From sequence record DRR378314_2501: DNA of 60,508 nucleotides. One strand, given 5' to 3'. Positions 19,247 through 27,863 of the stretch are shown in pieces (within the stretch, counting starts at the first letter, position 1; each line of letters begins with the position of its first letter). Both the position numbers and the translations under genes were made by a program. The notes below the pieces were generated by a model that saw only the letters and a list, made by a program, of their open reading frames with translations, was not told where the DNA came from and made no database searches.

Positions 19247-22200
19247 TAGCTCGCAAAAATTTGTTGCCCGTAATCGCGCACCACGTGTTCAGATTGAATA
19301 TGATGTCGAACTCTATGGTTCGGAGAAAAAGGTTCAGCTGCCCTTCGTTATGGGGGTCATGTCGGATCTGACAGGGAAATCGAAACAGCCTCAACCGGCA
19401 ATAGCGGACAGAAAGTTCCTTGAAATTGATGTCGACAATTTCGACGAACGGATGCGCTCCATGGCGCCACGCGCTGCCTTCAACGTTCCAAATACACTGA
19501 CTGGCGAAGGTAATATCGCAGTTGACCTCACGTTTGAGAGCATGGCCGATTTTACCCCCGGTGCCATCGCGTCCAAAGTGGATGCTCTACGGCCGCTTTT
19601 AGAGGCACGCCAACAGCTCGAGCAGCTGATGACGTATATGGATGGTAAATCCGGTGCCGAAGAACTGATCGAAAAAATCCTTAAGTCACCCGCATTGTTG
19701 TCATCGCTTGCAGGGGAAACAGACGAAGCGCGCGCAGAGGGCGAAGCTGCGTTGCAAGGGCTGCGTGAGATTGAACTGCCTGTCGAGGACTTGGGGCCGA
19801 CGCACCAGGACGTACTTGGGACGATGGAGGGGCAGGTATCGGAAGAGTTGCCATCCGAAGACCCCTCTATCGGGATTCTCGCCGGGCTGAGCGGCTCCGC
19901 CCCGAATGCGGATACAAAGGAGGATGACACCCGTGACATCCTGACTTCGCTCGCCTCGACTGCTCCAGAGGACAAGCCCGCGGCAACAGGTGTTGCGGAG
20001 ACTCTTTCGGACCTTGCTGCAGCAGCACCAGAGACGTCAGCTGAGGAGGATCGCAGCCAGGCTGTGCTGTCATCCCTGGCGGAGCAACGCACCGAGGTTT
20101 CTGAAGAAGACCGATCCATGGACGATGCGCTCAATGCGCTCGGAGATTCGGCAGATGCTGACATTCCGGATACTGACACGGCGGCGGAAATTCTGGGTAG
20201 TCTTACGCCTCCTGCCACGGCTGAAGACATCAATGAAGGAGACGGTTCAGCGGAAGTCCTTGCCGAATTGGCGACGCAGCAACCGCCGGCCCGGGACGCG
20301 CCTGTTGACGCGGATCAAGTTCTGCAAGGGCTTGATGCGCCCGAGGTCCCGGTAGCTGCCACAGCCGGTGTCGATGATGTCCTCGCAGGGCTGGACACCA
20401 TCGAAGAGGAAACGCCTGATCCAGAGATGGATTTGAGCACTGTTCTTGGTGAGTTCGAAGCGACAGAGGCGACAGAACACTCAAACTTCGATGAAGTTCT
20501 GTCAGGTCTGGAGCCTGCCGTCGTGGACGACGACGAGGCAGCGACGAACCTTGATGATTTGCTTGGAGAACTCGAGACGCCAGAGCCCGAACCTGATACG
20601 AAAGTTGCGGATGTGCTGGCTGATATTGATGTGGCAGCGGAGTCCGCTGAGGAAACCCAGCCCGACCTTACGACGATGCTAGATGATGTCCCCGCTGCGC
20701 AGGAGGAGGGTACCAGTGCAGAGGATGTGTTGCCAGGACTGGGCGCTGTGACCGAGGTCGCTGAGAGCAGTGATGTCGATCTCGAAGATCTGCTGGGAGA
20801 CACGCCGCCACCTGAAGCGGACACTGGCAGCGGTGCCGATGACACCTTGGCAGGGTTGGACATAGTTGAGGACGACGCGCCGAGCGCAGACCTCGACCTT
20901 GAGGATATGCTTGGCGATCTGGATATAGCCGAGCCAGAAGACGCGCTGGGTGCGGATGACATTCTGTCCTCGCTCGACCTTTCGGACGATGCGAGCGATG
21001 ATGGTGTTGATAGCGTCACCTCCGACGGGCTTTCAGGGTTGGTCGCAGATGATACCCCGACGCCTGATCCTTTAGCTGATGCAGAACTCTCACTGGATCT
21101 GGACGATCTGTTCAGCGATTCATCAGATACAAATTCCGGTCCCGCACAAGGCAGCGACCACGACGTCAATGACCTCGACCTTGATACGCAGATCCCGAGC
21201 GATAACGGTGCGCTTGATGATGAATTTGATCTCGATGCGCTGCTCGCAGATGAGCCAGCGACAGATGATACTACGACGCGCCGGGATGATTTGGTGGCGA
21301 TGGACGAGAAAACATCCGAGATCACCGATGTTCCGGCCGAGGCCGGCGCGGGGGATGGTCTGGATGATCTCCTGGAAGGTCTCGGAATTGACGAAAACCC
21401 GGGAGATGATGACGATGACCTCGATGCACTGTTCGGTGCTCTGGACCAAGAAGTCGCGGCGGATGATAGCAGCGATTCTGATGCTCTTGACGCCCTCTTG
21501 GGGGATCTGGAAGGCGACGTAGAAGACCTTGATGTCATGTTGGAGGACCAGAGCATAGCAACAGGGTCCGAGCAGCCCGGAGCTGGAATACAGCACGAAC
21601 CGGAGCTTGCCTACGGCACAATGTCCACAGCGCGCCCAAATCCGCAGAAACTGGAACGCAAGCGGTTTCGGATGGCGGTTTTCGGTGATTTCACCGGCCG
21701 CGCGGCCAAGGGACAATTGGAGATCGGAGACACCCTGGCAAACCGCAAACCTATGGTTCTTGATCCCGATACCTTTGAAGAGGTGATTGAGAGCTTCGCC
21801 ACTGAGCTGGTCCTGCCAATCGGCAAGGATGGCGCAGGGATTTCGGTCAAACTCGGGGAGTTCGATGATCTCCATCCGGATGAGCTTTTTGACAACGTGG
21901 AGCTATTTGCCGAACTGATCAGCCTGCGCGCACAACTTCAGAATGGTGTCACCAAAGATCGCGCAATGACAACGCTCACTACATGGGCCGAAGCGCATGG
22001 TACGCCCGCGCGCGCGCCGAAATCCCGATCTGGTGGCAATGTGGTGCCCGCGGACAAACGGCTCAGTGATTTCCAAATGTTGATCGGGAACAGTGCGAAT
22101 AGCCTCCGTACGGCCTCTCCGGTCGAGGAGATGCTTGCGCGAGTGGTTGGTCCGCACATTCGCGCATTGCCCGCCCCGAACCTTGGCGCAATGCAGGAAG

Positions 22201-23312
22201 CGGTGGATCTGGCACTTTCCGATGCGATGCGGTTGGTGCTGCACCATCCGGAGTTCCAGTTGATCGAAGCCCAGTGGCGTTCGCTGGATCTTATGCAGCG
22301 TTCGGTTGAGGTCGATGATACGCTTGAAGTCATGCTGTATGACGTTTCGGCAGAGGAGCTCGCCGCGGATCTCGCCACTCATGAAGATCTATCCGAATCC
22401 GGGTTTGTACGGCTGCTGACGGAAGCCCCAATGGATGAAGAGAATGGACGTGGGGCCTATTCGGCGATGCTCGGCCTCTATACGTTTGAGGAAACCCCGC
22501 CTCATGCGGAACTTTTGGGGCGTATAGCGCGCGTGGCTGCGCATGTGGATGCGCCTTTCCTGGCTGCAATCACTCCGGGATTTTGGGACACGGTCAAATT
22601 GGATCGTCCCAAAGTCGTAGCTGACGCCTGGAACACTCTGATGGGCATGCCCGAAGCTGGACACCTTGGCCTGTTGACGCCGCGTTTCCTGTTGCGGCGC
22701 CCCTATGGTGCAAAGAGCGAACCTATCGATCCATTTGATTTCGAAGAGTTTACCCAATCCGCAGGCTTGCGTGGTATGCTTTGGGGAAATCCTGTCGTGC
22801 TGGCTGGGATATTGATGGCGAAGTCCTTCAAGGAGAATGGTCCTTCGCTTCAGCTGGGCTCTATTATGTCGCTCGGCGAGATGCCGTATCACTACGTGAA
22901 TGATCGCTTTGGCGATCAGGTCGCGCTGCCCTGTACTGAACGCAACGTGGATCTGGACAAGATCGCTATTGCAAAAGAGCGCGGGTTCATGCCGATTGCC
23001 TCTGTCCGCGGACGCGACGAAATTCGATTGACCTCGTTCAATTCTCTGCGCGGAGATATGCTTCTCGGCCCTTGGATCGGAGAACCGGCACCCCAGCCAT
23101 CGCCGCCTGACCCAAGGCAAGAGCAGACCACATCAGATCCAGTGAACACAGGCGACGAGGATGATCTGGGACTGGATTTGGATTTTGACGACAACGGTGA
23201 GAGCGCCGATGATGATCTCGACGCGCTGCTCGCTGGTTTTGATGATGATGACGATACTGATTTAGACGGCGATATCGATGCCGACCTTGAGGCACTTTTG
23301 AATGACCTATGA
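19239..23312 (+). CDS. Giant sheath fusion protein: TssB + acidic repeat linker + TssB-like + truncated TssC-like domain + acidic tail
   Basis: aa 1-158 about 80% identical to TssB at 8575 (manual alignment); from about aa 807 RFRMAVFGDFTGR...LDPDTFEEV...FDDLHPDEL (TssB-like); LVLHHPEFQLIEAQWRSL, AAHVDAPFL, PRFLLRRPYG (TssC-like). Confidence 0.85.
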   Translation: MADSSQKFVARNRAPRVQIEYDVELYGSEKKVQLPFVMGVMSDLTGKSKQPQPAIADRKFLEIDVDNFDERMRSMAPRAAFNVPNTLTGEGNIAVDLTFESMADFTPGAIASKVDALRPLLEARQQLEQLMTYMDGKSGAEELIEKILKSPALLSSLAGETDEARAEGEAALQGLREIELPVEDLGPTHQDVLGTMEGQVSEELPSEDPSIGILAGLSGSAPNADTKEDDTRDILTSLASTAPEDKPAATGVAETLSDLAAAAPETSAEEDRSQAVLSSLAEQRTEVSEEDRSMDDALNALGDSADADIPDTDTAAEILGSLTPPATAEDINEGDGSAEVLAELATQQPPARDAPVDADQVLQGLDAPEVPVAATAGVDDVLAGLDTIEEETPDPEMDLSTVLGEFEATEATEHSNFDEVLSGLEPAVVDDDEAATNLDDLLGELETPEPEPDTKVADVLADIDVAAESAEETQPDLTTMLDDVPAAQEEGTSAEDVLPGLGAVTEVAESSDVDLEDLLGDTPPPEADTGSGADDTLAGLDIVEDDAPSADLDLEDMLGDLDIAEPEDALGADDILSSLDLSDDASDDGVDSVTSDGLSGLVADDTPTPDPLADAELSLDLDDLFSDSSDTNSGPAQGSDHDVNDLDLDTQIPSDNGALDDEFDLDALLADEPATDDTTTRRDDLVAMDEKTSEITDVPAEAGAGDGLDDLLEGLGIDENPGDDDDDLDALFGALDQEVAADDSSDSDALDALLGDLEGDVEDLDVMLEDQSIATGSEQPGAGIQHEPELAYGTMSTARPNPQKLERKRFRMAVFGDFTGRAAKGQLEIGDTLANRKPMVLDPDTFEEVIESFATELVLPIGKDGAGISVKLGEFDDLHPDELFDNVELFAELISLRAQLQNGVTKDRAMTTLTTWAEAHGTPARAPKSRSGGNVVPADKRLSDFQMLIGNSANSLRTASPVEEMLARVVGPHIRALPAPNLGAMQEAVDLALSDAMRLVLHHPEFQLIEAQWRSLDLMQRSVEVDDTLEVMLYDVSAEELAADLATHEDLSESGFVRLLTEAPMDEENGRGAYSAMLGLYTFEETPPHAELLGRIARVAAHVDAPFLAAITPGFWDTVKLDRPKVVADAWNTLMGMPEAGHLGLLTPRFLLRRPYGAKSEPIDPFDFEEFTQSAGLRGMLWGNPVVLAGILMAKSFKENGPSLQLGSIMSLGEMPYHYVNDRFGDQVALPCTERNVDLDKIAIAKERGFMPIASVRGRDEIRLTSFNSLRGDMLLGPWIGEPAPQPSPPDPRQEQTTSDPVNTGDEDDLGLDLDFDDNGESADDDLDALLAGFDDDDDTDLDGDIDADLEALLNDL
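19715..21560 (+). repeat. Degenerate protein-level repeats (about 20-aa period, core h-D/E-D/E-h-L-x-x-L) forming the acidic linker; boundaries approximate
   Basis: TRDILTSL, MDDALNAL, AAEILGSL, ADQVLQGL, VDDVLAGL, FDEVLSGL, LDDLLGEL, LEDLLGD, LEDMLGDL, LDDLLEGL, LDALLGDL and others. Confidence 0.75.
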
Positions 23313-23384
23313 ATTTGTAGTCCGAAACTCTTTACCCAGGGCTGAGGCGCGCCTCGCCGGTGCTCGGGACAGAAAGGAGAAGCC

Positions 23385-25577
23385 ATGACCGAAAGTAAAG
23401 CCCATGAAAATGACGTCGTTTGGATGTCTGGGTCTTATTCGGTAAAAGGGCTTATGATGCGCCGCGCCATTGTGCGTGAAGGATTGAGCAAACTTACCGA
23501 GACGACGATCGAATTCCAATCTCGCAACTCCGCCGTGTCGCTCGATGACCTAGTGGGGCAGACCATGAACCTGCATGTCGTGACCGAGGGGGGGAAGGAA
23601 CAGAAGTTTTCCGGACTTTGCATCTCGGTCGAAAATTTCGGGTTTCGGGACGGCTATACTCAGTTCGTGGCCGAAGTCAGGCCATGGTTCTGGCTGTTGA
23701 CCCGAACCGAAGACTGCCGGGTGTTCCAGAACATGTCGGCTCCGGATATCATCAAACAGATCCTGTCGGAGCACGGGTTCTCCGACTACAAAGACAGCTT
23801 GTCCAGTAGCTACGAGAAACGTGAATACTGTCTGCAGTACCGAGAGAGCGACTACGCCTTTATCTGTAGATTGATGGAAGAGGAGGGGGTTTATTTCTTC
23901 TTTGACAGCAACACCAGCCAGTCAACTGCAGAAAAGCTCGTTTTTGCGGATGGTCTCAGTGCTCACAAGCCGATCAGTGAAAGTGCCACTGCGGAGTTCA
24001 ACATTCGCGACGACGCAGATCGACGCCGCAAGGAACATGTGGCCGAGCTGAGCAAGGTCGAGCAGGTCACCCGCGGAAAGGTCACTCTCAACGACTTTGA
24101 TTTCAACACACCGCAGGCCGACCTCAAGGTGAGCGACGCACAATCCAAGGGTAAGCATCAGTACAAGACGTTTGAGGTCTATGACTATCAGGCACACTAC
24201 AGGAAAGAGACAGGGCTGGGCACCGGGTTTGCCCGGGCGCGCATGGACGCGGAAGCGCTGACCTATCAACAATGGCGCGGGGCGTCCTCTCTACGGACCA
24301 TGGGGGCTGGCTATACCTTCAAGCTGACCAAGCATGACGATACGGATGCCAACAAGGACTTCCTTGTGGTTGAGGCTACGCATTACCTGAAAGTCGACAG
24401 CGAGTTTGGCGAAAGGGACCGCGGTGCCAAGAAGGGCGGCAGCTCCGAAGAAATGCGCCGTGATTTGAAGGCGCAGAACCTCGACTTTCCGAAAGAAGCT
24501 GAGAAAGACAGTTATGCCAACACCTTTCGGGTGGTCGAAAAGTCGGTACAGTACCGTGCTCCTCGTGTGACCCCATGGCCTGAGGTGCCAGGCATCCAGA
24601 CGGCCACCGTTGTGGGCAACTCGGGCGAGGAGATTCTGACCGACGAACACGGCCGGGTGAAAATTCAGTTCCACTGGGATCGCGAAGGCAAAAAGAATGA
24701 AACCTCTTCATGTTTCGTACGGGTGATGACACCTTGGTCGGGCAAGGACTGGGGTATGGTCGCGGTGCCACGCATCGGCCAGGAGGTCGTCGTACAATTC
24801 GAAGATGGCAACCCGGATCGCCCGATCGTCACCGGCATGCTTTACAATGCCGAGACGAAACCACCGTTTTCATATCCCGACGACCAGACGCAATTGGGCA
24901 TCAAGACCAATTCCTCAAAGGGCGGTGGCGGCTATAACGAATTGATGTTTGATGACAAGGCAGGTGCTGAGCTAATGCGCATTCAGGCGCAGAAGTATCA
25001 TCAGACCCTGGTCAAAGACCGATTATCGATGACCGTAGGCCTAGACGCCATTGATAAGGCCGTCGCCTCCGTCGATGAAAACTCCTACGATCTCACGATC
25101 GAGCAGAACATGAACGAAACGGTCAAGACTGGTGACCGGACCGAAATTGTCGAAACGGGCAACAAGATCGAAACGGTGAAGACGGGAAACTACACGGAGA
25201 CCATTGAAACCGGCGACAAGACGATGACCATCGAAACGGGTAACCTGACGGAGAGTATCGATACCGGTGACGTGGAGGTGACCATCGGTCAGGGCAGTCT
25301 GACAGAGACCATAAGCCAGGGCAATCATACGGAAACCGTGAGCCTTGGTGATATCACCACTGAAGCATCGGCTGGGAAGATCGCGATCTCCGCCGGAATG
25401 GAAATCACGCTGACGGTAGGAGGGTCGTCGATTAAAATCGACAACTCGGGTGTTACGATAAGTGGTCCGATGATCAAGTTGTCGGCTGATGGGATGCTGG
25501 AAGCGAAATCCCCGCTGACAACCGTCAAGGGCGATGGAATGCTGACCCTCAAGGGCGGCGTCACCATGATCAACTAG
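23385..25577 (+). CDS. vgrG: T6SS spike protein VgrG without an evolved effector domain
   Basis: REYCLQYRESDYAFICRLMEEEG.YFFF, GIQTATVVG..GEEI.TDEHGRVKIQFHWDR, PRIGQEVVV.F.DG.PDRP, NELMFDDK.G.E. Confidence 0.96.
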   Translation: MTESKAHENDVVWMSGSYSVKGLMMRRAIVREGLSKLTETTIEFQSRNSAVSLDDLVGQTMNLHVVTEGGKEQKFSGLCISVENFGFRDGYTQFVAEVRPWFWLLTRTEDCRVFQNMSAPDIIKQILSEHGFSDYKDSLSSSYEKREYCLQYRESDYAFICRLMEEEGVYFFFDSNTSQSTAEKLVFADGLSAHKPISESATAEFNIRDDADRRRKEHVAELSKVEQVTRGKVTLNDFDFNTPQADLKVSDAQSKGKHQYKTFEVYDYQAHYRKETGLGTGFARARMDAEALTYQQWRGASSLRTMGAGYTFKLTKHDDTDANKDFLVVEATHYLKVDSEFGERDRGAKKGGSSEEMRRDLKAQNLDFPKEAEKDSYANTFRVVEKSVQYRAPRVTPWPEVPGIQTATVVGNSGEEILTDEHGRVKIQFHWDREGKKNETSSCFVRVMTPWSGKDWGMVAVPRIGQEVVVQFEDGNPDRPIVTGMLYNAETKPPFSYPDDQTQLGIKTNSSKGGGGYNELMFDDKAGAELMRIQAQKYHQTLVKDRLSMTVGLDAIDKAVASVDENSYDLTIEQNMNETVKTGDRTEIVETGNKIETVKTGNYTETIETGDKTMTIETGNLTESIDTGDVEVTIGQGSLTETISQGNHTETVSLGDITTEASAGKIAISAGMEITLTVGGSSIKIDNSGVTISGPMIKLSADGMLEAKSPLTTVKGDGMLTLKGGVTMIN

Positions 25578-25586
25578 GCATGAAGA

Positions 25587-26219
25587 ATGGCTGATATGTT
25601 TGAAAAACTGGTGAAATTGCCAAAAGAACCGGTCGCGAAGATCCTCTCGCGTCAGCAGGTTCTGTTGAAAACGCCCCTCAAGTGCGAGGTCAGCGCTACG
25701 GCGCCTGTTGTACTTAAGGAGCTTTATGAAAAAGCGGCGATGATCGACCTGTTGCGGTTGATGGGCATCCTGCTTCCTCCGCGTGAGCGGGTGTGGTGGG
25801 CCTGTTTAGCTGCTCGCGATTATATCGGTCCGCGTGGACCCAAGGATCCGCCCTCACTCATCACCTCTGAGGCTTGGGTTCTAGACCCTACCGAGGACAA
25901 CCGCCAAGCGGCCCGGATCACGATCGATCATGCCTATGTGGACGATGATACGGTGAACTGTGCCTGGGCCGTGACCTATCACGACGGGACTTTGGGGCCG
26001 GGCGATTTGCGTCAATATCCCGCTCCTGCTGGTGCGGCAGAGGCCGCGGCATTCGCCATGAATATGGTAGCCTTGGGACATTTATCTGATAAGTTTGAAG
26101 AGCATGGCTATATTCTCATCGAACGTGCGCTGGATATCGCACGCGGTGGCAATGGGCGTGTTGGTTCTGCAAGTGCAGAGCTGGCCGACGCACCGAAAAC
26201 CGCTTCGGAACAATCTTAG
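25587..26219 (+). CDS. vgrG-associated conserved protein (resembles DUF6931 family)
   Basis: LLPPRERVWWACL, WV..PTE.NR..A, C-terminal IERALDIA.GG; position after vgrG; family name from memory, needs HMM check. Confidence 0.7.
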   Translation: MADMFEKLVKLPKEPVAKILSRQQVLLKTPLKCEVSATAPVVLKELYEKAAMIDLLRLMGILLPPRERVWWACLAARDYIGPRGPKDPPSLITSEAWVLDPTEDNRQAARITIDHAYVDDDTVNCAWAVTYHDGTLGPGDLRQYPAPAGAAEAAAFAMNMVALGHLSDKFEEHGYILIERALDIARGGNGRVGSASAELADAPKTASEQS

Positions 26220-26242
26220 GTCCGAATAGGAGAAACGACGAC

Positions 26243-26329
26243 ATGGGCAGACCCGCTCTTGAGGGGAACAGGCGTGCTGGCACGGCTCACCACCGATCTG
26301 GCGAGCGGGAGGCATTTTCATGGGCGTAA
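26243..26329 (+). pseudogene. Possible 5' remnant of a PAAR gene (28-codon mini-ORF starting MGRPA)
   Basis: AGGAGA RBS at 26228-26233, ATG GGC AGA CCC GCT; sits where PAAR would be expected; stop overlaps the tagH start. Confidence 0.3.
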
Positions 26330-27831
26330 GGCTGCGTTTCCAATCGTCCGGTGCGATGCCGTCCGATGCCGCGCCTTTGATCCTGCGTGGACCCAGTCTG
26401 ACAATTGGGCGCGGAGCAACAAATGATATTGTGCTACCGGATCCCGACCAGATGCTATCGCGCAATCACTGCGTGATCGAGGACCATGGCAGCCATGTGG
26501 CCGTTGTCGATCTGAGTTCGAACGGTACTTTCCTGAATTATGGAAAGATGCCGCTGGGGCCGACGCCGACACCTCTGAATGATGGAGATGTTCTGACGGT
26601 TGGGTCTTATGAACTTGCCGTAGAAATTACGCAGGATGCGGCGTTGCCAGATCCGCTGGCCGTTGCGCCTCTTGATGCAGACCCAATGTCTCCGGGGCGT
26701 GCTGAGAATGCACCTGACCCGCTGGCTTTGCTCGATGATGCAGGGCCGGGCGGTGATTTTCTGGATGATTTACTTGGTGAGCGCGCGCCAACGGGGCCGT
26801 CGCAACTCAACCCGGTTGATCCAATTGATGATCTGCTGCCCCCGATGGGTGATGAAGAAGACCCTTTTTTCCAGAAACCAGACGCGGGTCGGCAAGGCCA
26901 TGGGGCAAGCTTGCCCGCGCACAACCCCGCGACGCAGGATGGGTTTAGTCCTCAACAGTCGCCCAGAGCCGACAGCGTGATCCCGGATGATTGGGACGAT
27001 GAGTTCTTTTCCGGAATCGGCGGCGGCACTCCACCTGCGGTCTCTCAGAATCCGGTCGCCACGCCTCAGATAACACAGCCTCCTGCCTCTGAGCCTGAGC
27101 CTGAGCCTACCGTGCCCGGTCTTGATGATGATCCTTTTGCCGAACCAGCCGAGGCCGCCGAAGATCCCCAAACCGCGCCGGCGAAACCAGTTGTCCCCAG
27201 CAAGCCCAAACCCGAAGCGAAAGTAGCTGATCGCGCGCATGATCACGCGGGGGCATTCATTGATGCGCTCCAGGTTGAGCAGCTGACGCTGGAAGAGAGT
27301 GATCTCGAACCGGTGATGGAGCGGATGGGGCGTGTCATGCGGACGTTCATCGTGGGCTTGCGCGAAATTCTAATGACCCGGACCTCGATCAAATCTGAAT
27401 TCCGGATCGAGCAGACCATGATTTCGGCCGGGGGCAACAACCCCCTGAAGTTCTCGATTTCGCCGGAGCAGGCGATCGAGGCGATGGTCAAGCCGCGCGC
27501 GCGAGGGTATCTGGATGCAGAGGCCGCTGCAGAGGAAGCACTGCGCGACATCAAAGCTCATGAGGTCGCGATGGTGACCGGTATGGAAGCTGCGTTGAAG
27601 GGCATTCTGGCCAAGCTTGATCCCAAACTTCTGGAGGGTCAGATCGAAAAGCGAGGCGGGCTAGGGGGGCTGCTGCGCAACAAGAAAGCCCAATATTGGG
27701 ACATTTACGAAGAACATTACGCAGAAATCTCTGATCAGGCGGAAAACGAGTTTCACGATCTGTTCAGCCGGGAGTTCGCGCGCGCTTACAAAGCGCAGAT
27801 GGATCGATTGAAAGAAGACGTCGACACTTAG
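26320..27831 (+). CDS. tagH: T6SS FHA-domain protein TagH/Fha
   Basis: FHA motifs LTIGRG...D..LPDP...SR.HC, D.SSNGTFLN; C-terminal NNPLKFS, DI.AHE.A...GM.AAL, F.REFARAY. Confidence 0.94.
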   Translation: MGVRLRFQSSGAMPSDAAPLILRGPSLTIGRGATNDIVLPDPDQMLSRNHCVIEDHGSHVAVVDLSSNGTFLNYGKMPLGPTPTPLNDGDVLTVGSYELAVEITQDAALPDPLAVAPLDADPMSPGRAENAPDPLALLDDAGPGGDFLDDLLGERAPTGPSQLNPVDPIDDLLPPMGDEEDPFFQKPDAGRQGHGASLPAHNPATQDGFSPQQSPRADSVIPDDWDDEFFSGIGGGTPPAVSQNPVATPQITQPPASEPEPEPTVPGLDDDPFAEPAEAAEDPQTAPAKPVVPSKPKPEAKVADRAHDHAGAFIDALQVEQLTLEESDLEPVMERMGRVMRTFIVGLREILMTRTSIKSEFRIEQTMISAGGNNPLKFSISPEQAIEAMVKPRARGYLDAEAAAEEALRDIKAHEVAMVTGMEAALKGILAKLDPKLLEGQIEKRGGLGGLLRNKKAQYWDIYEEHYAEISDQAENEFHDLFSREFARAYKAQMDRLKEDVDT

Positions 27832-27863
27832 GTGTCAGCCCGTCGCAGAGAGAGGAGAGCCAG

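Noticed and set aside
19239-19712. Duplicate tssB as an assembly artefact or recent tandem duplication
   Set aside because: The copies differ at many synonymous sites and about 20% of residues, indicating an old, maintained paralogue
19391-21556. Ser-rich minus-strand ORFs of 280 and 413 aa
   Set aside because: Antisense consequence of the Asp/Glu-rich linker codons
25116-25385. 27-bp periodic DNA as a CRISPR array or non-coding tandem repeat
   Set aside because: Degenerate in-frame coding repeats of the VgrG beta-helix; no spacer-repeat structure. No CRISPR array, tRNA or rRNA was recognised anywhere in the window
27089-27108. Short (GAGCCT)n repeat in tagH
   Set aside because: In-frame EPEPEP within the Pro-rich linker; not a frameshifting repeat
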